Shown: one piece after another, positions 31,606 to 39,671 of the stretch
Position numbering within the stretch: the stretch's first letter is position 1
How the letters are laid out: the number at the start of each line of letters is the position of its first letter
Assembly: GCA_963742735.1 (NCBI GenBank)
Contig: CAVUMN010000002.1
Span: 96,001 to 160,000, forward strand
Source of the DNA: an uncultured Actinomycetes bacterium
GTDB lineage: Bacteria > Actinomycetota > UBA4738 > JBBDTT01
Length of the DNA: 64,000 nucleotides
Reading direction: 5' to 3'
Made by a program: the position numbers and the translations under genes
The notes under the pieces: generated by a model
What the model was told of the DNA's origin: nothing
Databases searched by the model: none
Seen by the model: the letters and a program-made list of their open reading frames with translations, nothing else

Positions 31606-32073
31606 GTGGAGACCGTTCGCTACTTCGCGTACGGGTCGAACATCGAGCCCGGCTTCATCCACGAACGATGTCCGTCCGCGACGAACCCCGTCGTCGGCCG
31701 ACTGGACGGCTTCCGCCTGGAGTTCAACGTCTACTCCGACGTGTGGGGCGGGGGCGCGGCGAACCTGGAGCTCGACCCCGACACGCACGTGTGGGGCGTG
31801 GTGTGGGAGGTGGACCGCGACGACCTCCCGAAGCTCGACACGTTCCAGGGCCACCCCACGTACTACCGGCACGAGAGCGTCGTGGTGGTGTCCGGCGAGG
31901 AGCTGATGCCGTGCACGACCTTCCGGGTGGCGCACCTGCAGGGGTTCGTCCGGCCCACCGACGACTACCTGGAGCGGGTCCGCTCGGGGATGGCCCAGCT
32001 CGGGCTGCCCGAGGAGGCCCTGGAGGTCCTGGAGCGGGCCGCGCGCCCGCCCACGCCCCGGATCTCGACCTAG
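31606..32073 (+). CDS. Gamma-glutamylcyclotransferase family protein
   Basis: YFAYGSNI, VWGVVW, PTDDYL. Confidence 0.88.
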   Translation: METVRYFAYGSNIEPGFIHERCPSATNPVVGRLDGFRLEFNVYSDVWGGGAANLELDPDTHVWGVVWEVDRDDLPKLDTFQGHPTYYRHESVVVVSGEELMPCTTFRVAHLQGFVRPTDDYLERVRSGMAQLGLPEEALEVLERAARPPTPRIST

Positions 32074-32111
32074 CCGGCCCGGGGGATCCCGCCCGTCCCG
32101 GAACCGAGCCG

Positions 32112-32168
32112 TTGACGCCATGCCGCCGGAAGGCGTATCGTGGGGCCTGATGAGAACGATTCTCATTC
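32112..32168 (+). promoter_or_regulatory. SigA-type promoter plus Zur box
   Basis: TTGACG (32112-17), N18, TATCGT (32136-41); ATGAGAA-CGA-TTCTCAT IR (32150-32166). Confidence 0.82.
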
Positions 32169-33025
32169 TTGCTCTTGCACCGCTCCTCGTGCTGGGAGCC
32201 TGTACGCGCGATCCCCGGGACGACAGCGGCGGGCGGCTCCAGGTGGTGGCCAGCTTCTATCCGCTCGCCGAGGCGGCACGGCAGGTCGGCGGCGAGTTCG
32301 TCGAGGTGCGCGACCTGACTCCGCCGGGCGTCGAGCCACACGACCTGGAGCTCACCACCGACCAAGTTGATGCATTGCTGGATGCCGACCTCGTCCTCAC
32401 GATCGAGGGACTCCAACCTGCCGTCGACGACGCACTGGAAGAGGCCGAGGTGCATGCTCTCCGGTTCGTTCCGTCCGGCGCGGATTCCCTTCCGTCAGGC
32501 GAGGATCCCCACTTCTGGCTCGACCCGTACGAGTGGTCGACGGTTGGCCATGGAATTGCCCCAGAGCTCGCCGAGCTCGACCCCGATCACGCCCGGGACT
32601 TTGATCGCGAGGCGCACCTCTACCGGCGCGATCTCGAGGCCCTCGACCAGGAGTACATGAAGGTTCTCGCAGACTGTGATCGCGACCTACTGGTGACCGC
32701 CCACGACGCGTTCGGTCGCCTGGCCGCCCGCTACGGCCTCCGCGTGGAGTCGATCGCCGGGATCTCTCCGGAAGCCGAGCCGAGCCCGGCTCGCCTGGAC
32801 GAGCTGACCGAGCTGGTCGAGCGAGAAGGCGTGACGACCATCCTCACCGAGGAGCTCGTGTCGCCCGAGGTGGCCGAGACCCTCGCCCGCGAGACCGGCG
32901 TCAAGACGGCCGTGCTGAACCCCATCGAGTCCCTCACCGACGAGCAGCGCGCGGCCGGGGAGGACTACCTGTCGCTGATGGAGACCAACCTGGACGCGCT
33001 GTCGGAGGCCCTCGGATGCCGCTGA
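32150..33025 (+). CDS. znuA: Zinc ABC transporter substrate-binding lipoprotein
   Basis: LGAC lipobox, VVASFYPL, EPHDLE, DPHFWLDP, HDAFG. Confidence 0.9.
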   Translation: MRTILILALAPLLVLGACTRDPRDDSGGRLQVVASFYPLAEAARQVGGEFVEVRDLTPPGVEPHDLELTTDQVDALLDADLVLTIEGLQPAVDDALEEAEVHALRFVPSGADSLPSGEDPHFWLDPYEWSTVGHGIAPELAELDPDHARDFDREAHLYRRDLEALDQEYMKVLADCDRDLLVTAHDAFGRLAARYGLRVESIAGISPEAEPSPARLDELTELVEREGVTTILTEELVSPEVAETLARETGVKTAVLNPIESLTDEQRAAGEDYLSLMETNLDALSEALGCR

Positions 33026-33771
33026 CCGGCCCCCTCCTCGAGGCGCGCGGGGTCACGTTCGGCTACGGGCCGGAGCCGGTCCTCGAGGCCGTCGACGTCG
33101 CCGTCCACCCCGGCGAGTACGTCGCGCTCGTCGGGCCGAACGGCTCGGGGAAGTCGACGCTGCTCAAGCTCCTCCTCGGCCTGCTCCAGCCGCAGGCGGG
33201 CACGGTCCATCTCTTCGGCGAGCCGCCGGAGCGCTTCCGCGACCGCCGGCGCCTGGGCTACGTCCCTCAGCGTCCCGTCCTGGCCCGCGAGCTCCCGGCC
33301 ACCGTGGCCGAGGTGGTCGCCACCGGCCGCCTCTCCGCCCGCGGCTGGCTCGGCCGGTTCGGGCCGGCCGACCGGGAAGCCGTCGACGGAGCCTTGCTGG
33401 CCGTCGCGCTCGCCGACGAGCGGAACCGGCTGGTCGGCTCGCTCTCCGGGGGAGAGCAGCAGCGCGCGTTCATCGCCCGCGCCCTGGCCAGCGGCCCGGA
33501 CCTCCTGGTCCTCGACGAGCCCATCGCCGGTGTCGACGCGGCCTCGCAGCGCCGGTTCCGCGACACCCTTCGCTCGCTGGTGCGCGACCGGGGCACCGCG
33601 GTCCTGCTCGTCTCCCACGAGCTGGGCGCGGTGGGGGAGGACCTCGACCGCGTGGTCGTCCTCAAGCGGAGCGTCATCTTCGACGGCTCGCCCCAGGAGC
33701 TCGTCGAGTCGGGCGTGCACCTCGGCGTCCACCGCGAGGACCTTCCGCTCTGGCTGGAGGGCCTGCGGTGA
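33016..33771 (+). CDS. znuC: Zinc ABC transporter ATPase
   Basis: GPNGSGKST, GYVPQ, LSGGEQQR, LDEP. Confidence 0.9.
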   Translation: MPLTGPLLEARGVTFGYGPEPVLEAVDVAVHPGEYVALVGPNGSGKSTLLKLLLGLLQPQAGTVHLFGEPPERFRDRRRLGYVPQRPVLARELPATVAEVVATGRLSARGWLGRFGPADREAVDGALLAVALADERNRLVGSLSGGEQQRAFIARALASGPDLLVLDEPIAGVDAASQRRFRDTLRSLVRDRGTAVLLVSHELGAVGEDLDRVVVLKRSVIFDGSPQELVESGVHLGVHREDLPLWLEGLR

Positions 33772-34646
33772 TCGGCCTCGTCTATCCCTTCGAGCGCGAG
33801 TACATGCAGCTCGCCCTGGCTGCGGGCCTGGTGGTCGGAGTCAGCGCGCCACTCATCGGGGCGTTCCTGGTCCAGAAGCGCATGTCGCTCATCGGCGACG
33901 GACTGGGCCACGTGGCGTTCGCGGGGGTGGCCGGCGGACTGCTCCTCGACGTCTGGCCGGTGTGGACCGCCCTGCTGTTCACCGTCGTCGCCGCGCTCGC
34001 CATCGAACGCCTTCGCGCCCGGGGGACCGCGAGCGGCGACCTGGCCCTGGCCCTGTTCTTCTACGGCGGGATCGCGGCCGGGGTCGTCCTGGCCGGCCGG
34101 GCCGGCGCACTGGACGCGAACCTCCTGCGCTACCTCTTCGGCCAGCTCATCACCGTGACCGGCGCCGACGTCCTCGCCGTCGCCGTGCTCGGCGGCGTGA
34201 TCGTGGCCACGATCGCCGTCGTGGGCCGGGCGCTGTTCGCCACCGTCATCGACGAGGACTGGGCCCGCGTCGCCGGCCTGCCGGTCGGCGCCCTGAACGC
34301 CCTCCTGGCCGTCCTCACCGCGATCACCGTGGTCGCGGCCATGCGGGTGGTGGGGGTGCTCCTGGTCGCCGCGTTGCTCGTGCTGCCCGTGGCCAGCGGC
34401 CAGATCCTGGCCCGCTCGTTCCGGGGGGTGTTGGGATGGTCGACGCTGGTCGGTGCGGGCTCGGTCGTCGCCGGTCTGGTTGCCGCGCGACTGTGGTCGC
34501 TCGCCCCCGGCGGGACGATCGTCCTGGTGGCCGCGGGGGTCTTCGCCGTCGCCGCCGGCATCGTCCGCTTCCGCCGCGGCCGTCTGCCCGAGGTCGTCCA
34601 CAGCGTCTCGGGCCACGGCGAGCCCCACGAGCATCCCCACAACTGA
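33768..34646 (+). CDS. znuB: Zinc ABC transporter permease
   Basis: GDGLGHVAFAG, YLFG, VVGVLLV; His-rich tail. Confidence 0.9.
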   Translation: MIGLVYPFEREYMQLALAAGLVVGVSAPLIGAFLVQKRMSLIGDGLGHVAFAGVAGGLLLDVWPVWTALLFTVVAALAIERLRARGTASGDLALALFFYGGIAAGVVLAGRAGALDANLLRYLFGQLITVTGADVLAVAVLGGVIVATIAVVGRALFATVIDEDWARVAGLPVGALNALLAVLTAITVVAAMRVVGVLLVAALLVLPVASGQILARSFRGVLGWSTLVGAGSVVAGLVAARLWSLAPGGTIVLVAAGVFAVAAGIVRFRRGRLPEVVHSVSGHGEPHEHPHN

Positions 34647-34649
34647 GCG

Positions 34650-35084
34650 ATGCGTGACGACCTGCATCTCACGGCCGCGACCCGCCTGAAGGCGACGCAG
34701 CAGCGCTATACGGAGGGACGGCGGGCCCTCGTTGACATCCTGGCCGCCGCGGCCCGGCCGGTCCCCGTCGACGACATCCTGGAGCAGGACCGCTCGTTGC
34801 CCCAGTCGAGCGTCTACCGCAACCTCGCCGTCCTGGAGCAGGCCCGAGTGGTCCGCCGCGTCCACGGCTCGGACGAGTTCGCCCGATACGAGCTGGCCGA
34901 GGACCTCTCCGAGCACCACCACCACCTGGTGTGCTCGAACTGCGGCAAGGTCGAGGACTTCGAGGCCCCCCCCGGCCTCGAACGGACGGTCCGCAGGGCG
35001 ATGGACGCCGCCGAGCTGAGCGAGGGCTTCTCCGCCCACGGCCACCGCCTGGACCTCGTCGGCCTCTGCCGCGACTGCGCGTGA
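34650..35084 (+). CDS. zur: Fur-family regulator, probably Zur
   Basis: SSVYRNL, HHHHLVCSNCG, GLCRDC; last gene of znu operon. Confidence 0.85.
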   Translation: MRDDLHLTAATRLKATQQRYTEGRRALVDILAAAARPVPVDDILEQDRSLPQSSVYRNLAVLEQARVVRRVHGSDEFARYELAEDLSEHHHHLVCSNCGKVEDFEAPPGLERTVRRAMDAAELSEGFSAHGHRLDLVGLCRDCA

Positions 35085-35112
35085 GCGCGGCTGGTACGTT
35101 GTAGGGGCGACG

Positions 35113-35166
35113 CCTCCGGCAGCCGGTCGGGGGACGGAGGGGACCACGGCAGCCGGTCGCGGTTCC
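35113..35166 (+). promoter_or_regulatory. Tandem anticodon-like stem-loops in glyQS leader (candidate cis-regulatory RNA)
   Basis: CGGCAGCCGGTCG repeated at 35117-35129 and 35147-35159, each at the apex of a hairpin. Confidence 0.6.
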
Positions 35167-35185
35167 AGGAAGGGGTGAAATCGAT

Positions 35186-36514
35186 ATGGCCGACACCATG
35201 GAGGCCATCACCGCCCTCGCCAAACGGCGGGGGCTCATCTTTCCATCGAGCGAGATCTACGGCGGGCTGCGCTCGTCGTGGGACTACGGCCCCCTCGGGG
35301 TCGAGCTCAAGCGCAACGTCAAGAACGCGTGGTGGCGGGCGATGGTCCAGGACCGTGCCGACATCGTCGGCCTCGACGCCGCGATCATCATGAAGCCCGA
35401 CGTGTGGGTGGCCAGCGGCCACGTCGACTCGTTCTCCGATCCGCTCGTCGAGTGCGGCACCTGTCACAAGCGGTGGCGCCAGGATCACCTCACCCCCAAC
35501 GAGGCGGGCGAGCTCGTCTGCCCCGACGACGGCGGCAAGCTGTCCGACCCCCGCCACTTCAACCTGATGTTCAAGACGTTCCTGGGCCCGGTCGACGACG
35601 AGGCGCACATCGCCTACCTGCGCCCAGAGACCGCGCAGGGGATCTTCGTCGACTTCGTCACCGTCCAGGCCGCGAGCCGCAAGAAGGTCCCGTTCGGGAT
35701 CGCCCAGATCGGCAAGAGCTTCCGCAACGAGATCACCCCGGGGAACTTCGTCTACCGCACCCGCGAGTTCGAGCAGATGGAGATGGAGTTCTTCGTCGAG
35801 CCCGGCACCGACGAGACCTGGCACGAGTACTGGATCGAGCAGCGCATGGCCTGGTACACGAACCTCGGCATCGACCCGACCCACCTCCGCGTCCGCGAGC
35901 ACGAGCAGGACGAGCTCAGTCACTACTCCAAGCGAACCGTCGACATCGAGTACGCGTTCCCGTTCACCGACTGGGGCGAGCTCGAGGGGATCGCCAACCG
36001 CACGGACTTCGACCTGAAGGCTCACGAGAAGGCCTCCGGCGAGGACCTCACCTACTACGACCAGGAGAACGACCGTCGGTACCACCCCTACGTCATCGAG
36101 CCGGCGGCCGGCGCCGACCGCGCCACCCTCGCGTTCATGCTGGATGCCTACACGGTCGAGGACACCACCACCGCGAGCGGCAAGACCGAGAAGCGAACGG
36201 TCATGCGGTTGCACAGGGACCTCGCGCCGATGAAGGTCGCGGTGCTTCCGCTCAGCCGACACGAGGACCTCGTCCCCGAGGCCAAGCAGGTGTTCGACCT
36301 GGTGAAGCGGCACTGGATGGCCGACTACGACGACTCAGGCTCGATCGGGCGCCGGTATCGCCGGCAGGACGAGGTGGGGACGCCCTACGCGGTGACCATC
36401 GACTTCGACACGGCAACCGACCGCGCGGTCACCGTTCGCGACCGCGACACCATGGCCCAGGACCGGGTCGCGGTCGACCAGCTGACCGGCTACCTGAAGG
36501 AGCGGTTGGACTGA
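35186..36514 (+). CDS. glyQS: Glycine--tRNA ligase, alpha2 type
   Basis: [54 protein letters not shown]. Confidence 0.96.
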   Translation: MADTMEAITALAKRRGLIFPSSEIYGGLRSSWDYGPLGVELKRNVKNAWWRAMVQDRADIVGLDAAIIMKPDVWVASGHVDSFSDPLVECGTCHKRWRQDHLTPNEAGELVCPDDGGKLSDPRHFNLMFKTFLGPVDDEAHIAYLRPETAQGIFVDFVTVQAASRKKVPFGIAQIGKSFRNEITPGNFVYRTREFEQMEMEFFVEPGTDETWHEYWIEQRMAWYTNLGIDPTHLRVREHEQDELSHYSKRTVDIEYAFPFTDWGELEGIANRTDFDLKAHEKASGEDLTYYDQENDRRYHPYVIEPAAGADRATLAFMLDAYTVEDTTTASGKTEKRTVMRLHRDLAPMKVAVLPLSRHEDLVPEAKQVFDLVKRHWMADYDDSGSIGRRYRRQDEVGTPYAVTIDFDTATDRAVTVRDRDTMAQDRVAVDQLTGYLKERLD

Positions 36515-37830
36515 GCAGGCGACAGCCGGCCGCGCCGCTGGCCCTGCTCCTGCTCGCGACGGTGATCGGGCAGGGGATCGCCGTCGGCTCACGCCTGGCG
36601 AGCGAGCGCGAGCGGAGCGTCGTGCCCCACGTCACCCCGCTCGGCGAGGGCGTCACCTCAGACGAGGCTCGCGCCGCCCTCTGTCAGCGCGAGGCCCCCT
36701 CGCCCGAACCGGCCACCACCGGCCCGCCGCTGCCCGAGCCCCTGCGTCCGGTCGCCGCCGCCGTCGAGGACATCCGCACGCTCAAGTTCAAGCGCTCCGT
36801 GAACCCCGAGGCCGTCACCCGCGAGGAGATGGCGCGCCGCGCCGCGGAGCTCAACGCGGCCGCCTTTCCCGAGGACCGGATGGCCCGGCGAACCCTGGCA
36901 TGGCGCACGATGGGCGTGATCCCTCCCGACGCCGACCTGGTCGAGCAGCTGCGCACGTTCGCGCAGAACACGATCATCGGCTACTACGACACGCTGTCGA
37001 AGGAGCTCGTCTACGTCGGCACCGGTGACCCGAACCCTTACGAGCGGGTCATCCTGGCCCACGAGCTCACCCACGCCCTGGACGACCAGCACTTCCAGCT
37101 CGCGCGCCTGGACGCCATCGACGCGCGGTGCGAGGACGACGCCCTGATCGCCGGTGTCGCCATCGCGGAGGGCAGCGCACGGCTGACCGAGCTCATCTAC
37201 ATCTCCCGGGAGCTCACCCCGAACGAGTACGCGGAGTACCAGCAGGAGTCGCTGTCCGGCGGCTCGGCCCCGGTCGGCGTGAGCCCGTTCCTGATCAACC
37301 TGCTGCTGTTCCCGTACCCCTACGGCCAGACGTTCGCCCAGGGGATCGTGGCCACCGAGGGCTTCGGCGGGCTCAACGGGGCGATGCGAACGCTCCCCGC
37401 GAGCACCGAGCAGATCCTGCACCCGAACCGGTTCCCCGAGGACGCGCCCCGCGACGTCGACGTCCCCGACCTGGCCCCGGCGCTCGGGGAGGGATGGGCC
37501 GACCTTGACGTCTACGACGTCGGCGAGGCCTGGCTGCGCCTGGCCCTGACCCTGAAGCTCACCACCGTCGAGGCGGCGAGCGCGGCCGCCGGGTGGGACG
37601 GCGGCGAGTACCGGGCGTGGGCGAGCGGCGACCGGACCGCGGTCGCGCTCCAGACCCTGTGGGACGACGAACGCGAGGCGGGGGAGTTCGCGCAGTCCAT
37701 GCGCGCCTGGCTCGGCCGGACGGCGAGCGGCGCGGTCACCCGGGTCCACCGCGACGGCGCGAGGGTGACGGTGCTGTGGGCCCCCGACGAGGACGCGTTG
37801 AACGCGATGTCCAACGGCGTCCGCGCCTAG
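36511..37830 (+). CDS. Membrane-anchored HExxH zinc-peptidase-like protein
   Basis: N-terminal hydrophobic anchor, [31 protein letters not shown]; probable CTG start. Confidence 0.75.
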   Translation: MSRRQPAAPLALLLLATVIGQGIAVGSRLASERERSVVPHVTPLGEGVTSDEARAALCQREAPSPEPATTGPPLPEPLRPVAAAVEDIRTLKFKRSVNPEAVTREEMARRAAELNAAAFPEDRMARRTLAWRTMGVIPPDADLVEQLRTFAQNTIIGYYDTLSKELVYVGTGDPNPYERVILAHELTHALDDQHFQLARLDAIDARCEDDALIAGVAIAEGSARLTELIYISRELTPNEYAEYQQESLSGGSAPVGVSPFLINLLLFPYPYGQTFAQGIVATEGFGGLNGAMRTLPASTEQILHPNRFPEDAPRDVDVPDLAPALGEGWADLDVYDVGEAWLRLALTLKLTTVEAASAAAGWDGGEYRAWASGDRTAVALQTLWDDEREAGEFAQSMRAWLGRTASGAVTRVHRDGARVTVLWAPDEDALNAMSNGVRA

Positions 37831-38475
37831 CTACGCGGCGACGACCTCGGCCTCGGCGGGCAGCAGCGCGGCGATGGCCTCGCCCAGCCGGCGGGTCAGG
37901 TGCTGAGCGCTCTCGCCCTTGCGAGGCTTGAGGGGCTTGCCGTAGACGACCTCCAGGGGCACCCGTCGCTGCAGGAGCTTTCGGTGGGTCCGCGTCCAGA
38001 TCCGTTGGGTGCCCCACACCGAGACGGGGATGAGCGGTGCGCCGGACTCCAGGGCCATGCGGGCGGCGCCGGTCTTCAGGCCGTCGATCCTGAACTCGAT
38101 GTTCATCCGGCCCTCGGGATGCAGCCCGACCACATCGCCCTCCCGCAGCGCCTCGATCGCGAAGCGGAACGCCTGGGCCGGGTCGTCGTCGCGGTCGACG
38201 GGGATGTGGCGCATGGCCCGCATCATCGGGCCCGAGATCCTGTGGCGGAACGCCTGGGCATGCGAGATGAACCTGACCAGCCGGTGGCGGGGGATCGCCG
38301 CGTAGCCGATGAACACGAAGTCCAGGAAGCCGACGTGGTTGGCCGCCAGGATGGCGGGGCCGGTCAGGGGCAGGTTCTCCTCGCCGCGGACGGTGATCTT
38401 CCAGCGCAACAGGCGCATCAAGCTGACCGCGAACCAGACGACGAAGTTGTAGAAGCGATTCTTCTGCGGACGCAC
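37831..38475 (-). CDS. Lysophospholipid acyltransferase (PlsC family)
   Basis: NHVGFLD, HPEG, KTGAARMA. Confidence 0.9.
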   Translation of the reverse strand: MRPQKNRFYNFVVWFAVSLMRLLRWKITVRGEENLPLTGPAILAANHVGFLDFVFIGYAAIPRHRLVRFISHAQAFRHRISGPMMRAMRHIPVDRDDDPAQAFRFAIEALREGDVVGLHPEGRMNIEFRIDGLKTGAARMALESGAPLIPVSVWGTQRIWTRTHRKLLQRRVPLEVVYGKPLKPRKGESAQHLTRRLGEAIAALLPAEAEVVAA

Positions 38476-38528
38476 GAGCGCAATGGTAGCGATAACGGCC
38501 TCGTCCGCGAAGCCGTTGACACAAGGGG

Positions 38529-38939
38529 CTACTGCGTGACGGCGCTGATCTCGATCAGGTGGCCGTCGGGATCGCGGGTGAACGCGCGGGTCTCGCGGCC
38601 GGACGTGACCGGCGGCGTCAGGAACTCGGCCCCGCGCGACCGCAGCGCCTCGTACGCGGCCCGGCAGTCCGGGACCCGGATCGTCCAGGCGTGGTCGACC
38701 CGGTCGGGATCGTGAGGCACGTCGAACGTCACGGTCGGCTTGTCGGGTGTGGGGCCGCCGCCGGTCACGAGCAGGACCCAGCACCCCAGGAACCGCAGGA
38801 CCACCGAGGTGCCGCCGTACTCGTACTCGACGGTCGCACCCAGGACGTCGCGATACCAGTCGCGGGAACGGGCGGCGTCGGAGACCACCAGGATCTGGGT
38901 GAGCTCCATCCCCTCGGCGGGGAACTCCGGAAACGACAT
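38529..38939 (-). CDS. VOC/glyoxalase family protein
   Basis: LVVSD..RSRDWYRDVLG, RDPDGHLIEI. Confidence 0.9.
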   Translation of the reverse strand: MSFPEFPAEGMELTQILVVSDAARSRDWYRDVLGATVEYEYGGTSVVLRFLGCWVLLVTGGGPTPDKPTVTFDVPHDPDRVDHAWTIRVPDCRAAYEALRSRGAEFLTPPVTSGRETRAFTRDPDGHLIEISAVTQ

Positions 38940-38966
38940 GTGGGCAGCCTATTGGCTGCCCACATG
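38937..38966 (-). terminator. 13-bp perfect hairpin downstream of csp gene
   Basis: CATGTGGGCAGCC-TATT-GGCTGCCCACATG, followed on the minus strand by TCGTTT. Confidence 0.6.
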
Positions 38967-38993
38967 CGTTGGGTTGCTACTTGAGCGGGATGC

Positions 38994-39206
38994 TCAGGCG
39001 GCGCTGGAAGGACGGACGTTGTTCGCCTGCGGGCCCTTCTGGCCCTGGCTGACGTCGTACTCGACCTTCTGGTTCTCCTCGAGGTTGCGGTACCCCTCGC
39101 CCGAGATCGCGCTGAAGTGCACGAAAACGTCGGCGGTTCCGTCGTCGGGGGTGATGAAACCGAAGCCCTTCTCTGCGCTGAACCACTTCACGGTGCCAGT
39201 TGCCAT
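38994..39206 (-). CDS. Cold-shock protein
   Basis: [26 protein letters not shown]. Confidence 0.97.
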   Translation of the reverse strand: MATGTVKWFSAEKGFGFITPDDGTADVFVHFSAISGEGYRNLEENQKVEYDVSQGQKGPQANNVRPSSAA

Positions 39207-39232
39207 GTGCTGTTCTCCTATCTGACTGCTGA

Positions 39233-39334
39233 CTACTTCGCTTGCTTGCCCTTCTTCGCCTTGCGCTTTTCCTTCAGGCTCTTCTGGGCGGTCTTCTTAC
39301 TACTTTTGGTTCCTCCCTTGTCCTTGTTGGCCAT
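39233..39334 (-). CDS. 33-aa Lys-rich small protein
   Basis: [33 protein letters not shown] with GAGGAG SD. Confidence 0.7.
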   Translation of the reverse strand: MANKDKGGTKSSKKTAQKSLKEKRKAKKGKQAK

Positions 39335-39356
39335 GAGGACTCCTCTCCTCGAGTGG

Positions 39357-39548
39357 CTAGGCCTTGCCGCCGGTGCGCCGGGCGGCCGCCGGGTTCGGGC
39401 CCCAACCGCGGTGGATCCCACACTCGTCGCTCGCGTTGTAGCGCGACAGCTGTGTGTCGCACACCGAACAGGTCCGACCTTGCCCGTAGGACTTCATGGG
39501 ACGGTCGTTGCTGCCGGCCAGAGCGCCGATGCTGTGGGTTCGTTTCAT
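39357..39548 (-). CDS. 63-aa putative zinc-binding protein
   Basis: GRTCSVCDTQLSRYNASDECGIH (C2-C-H); GGAGGAG SD. Confidence 0.7.
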   Translation of the reverse strand: MKRTHSIGALAGSNDRPMKSYGQGRTCSVCDTQLSRYNASDECGIHRGWGPNPAAARRTGGKA

Positions 39549-39671
39549 GCGATCGGGTCTCCTCCCCAAGCACCCGGGGTTCGGGAGCCGTAGGAAGAGC
39601 CTACCGCGTTTTGGCCCTCCCTCGCCCCGAGCGACGAACCCGCGCCGGATCGGCCCTAGACTCGACGCGCC

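Noticed and set aside
35113-35166. tRNA-Gly gene or mini-CRISPR
   Set aside because: No D or T arms or acceptor stem; only two 13-nt repeats with a 17-nt gap and no cas genes
35085-35185. T-box or glycine riboswitch upstream of glyQS
   Set aside because: Leader is only ~80 nt and lacks the T-box motif, specifier stem and glycine aptamer core
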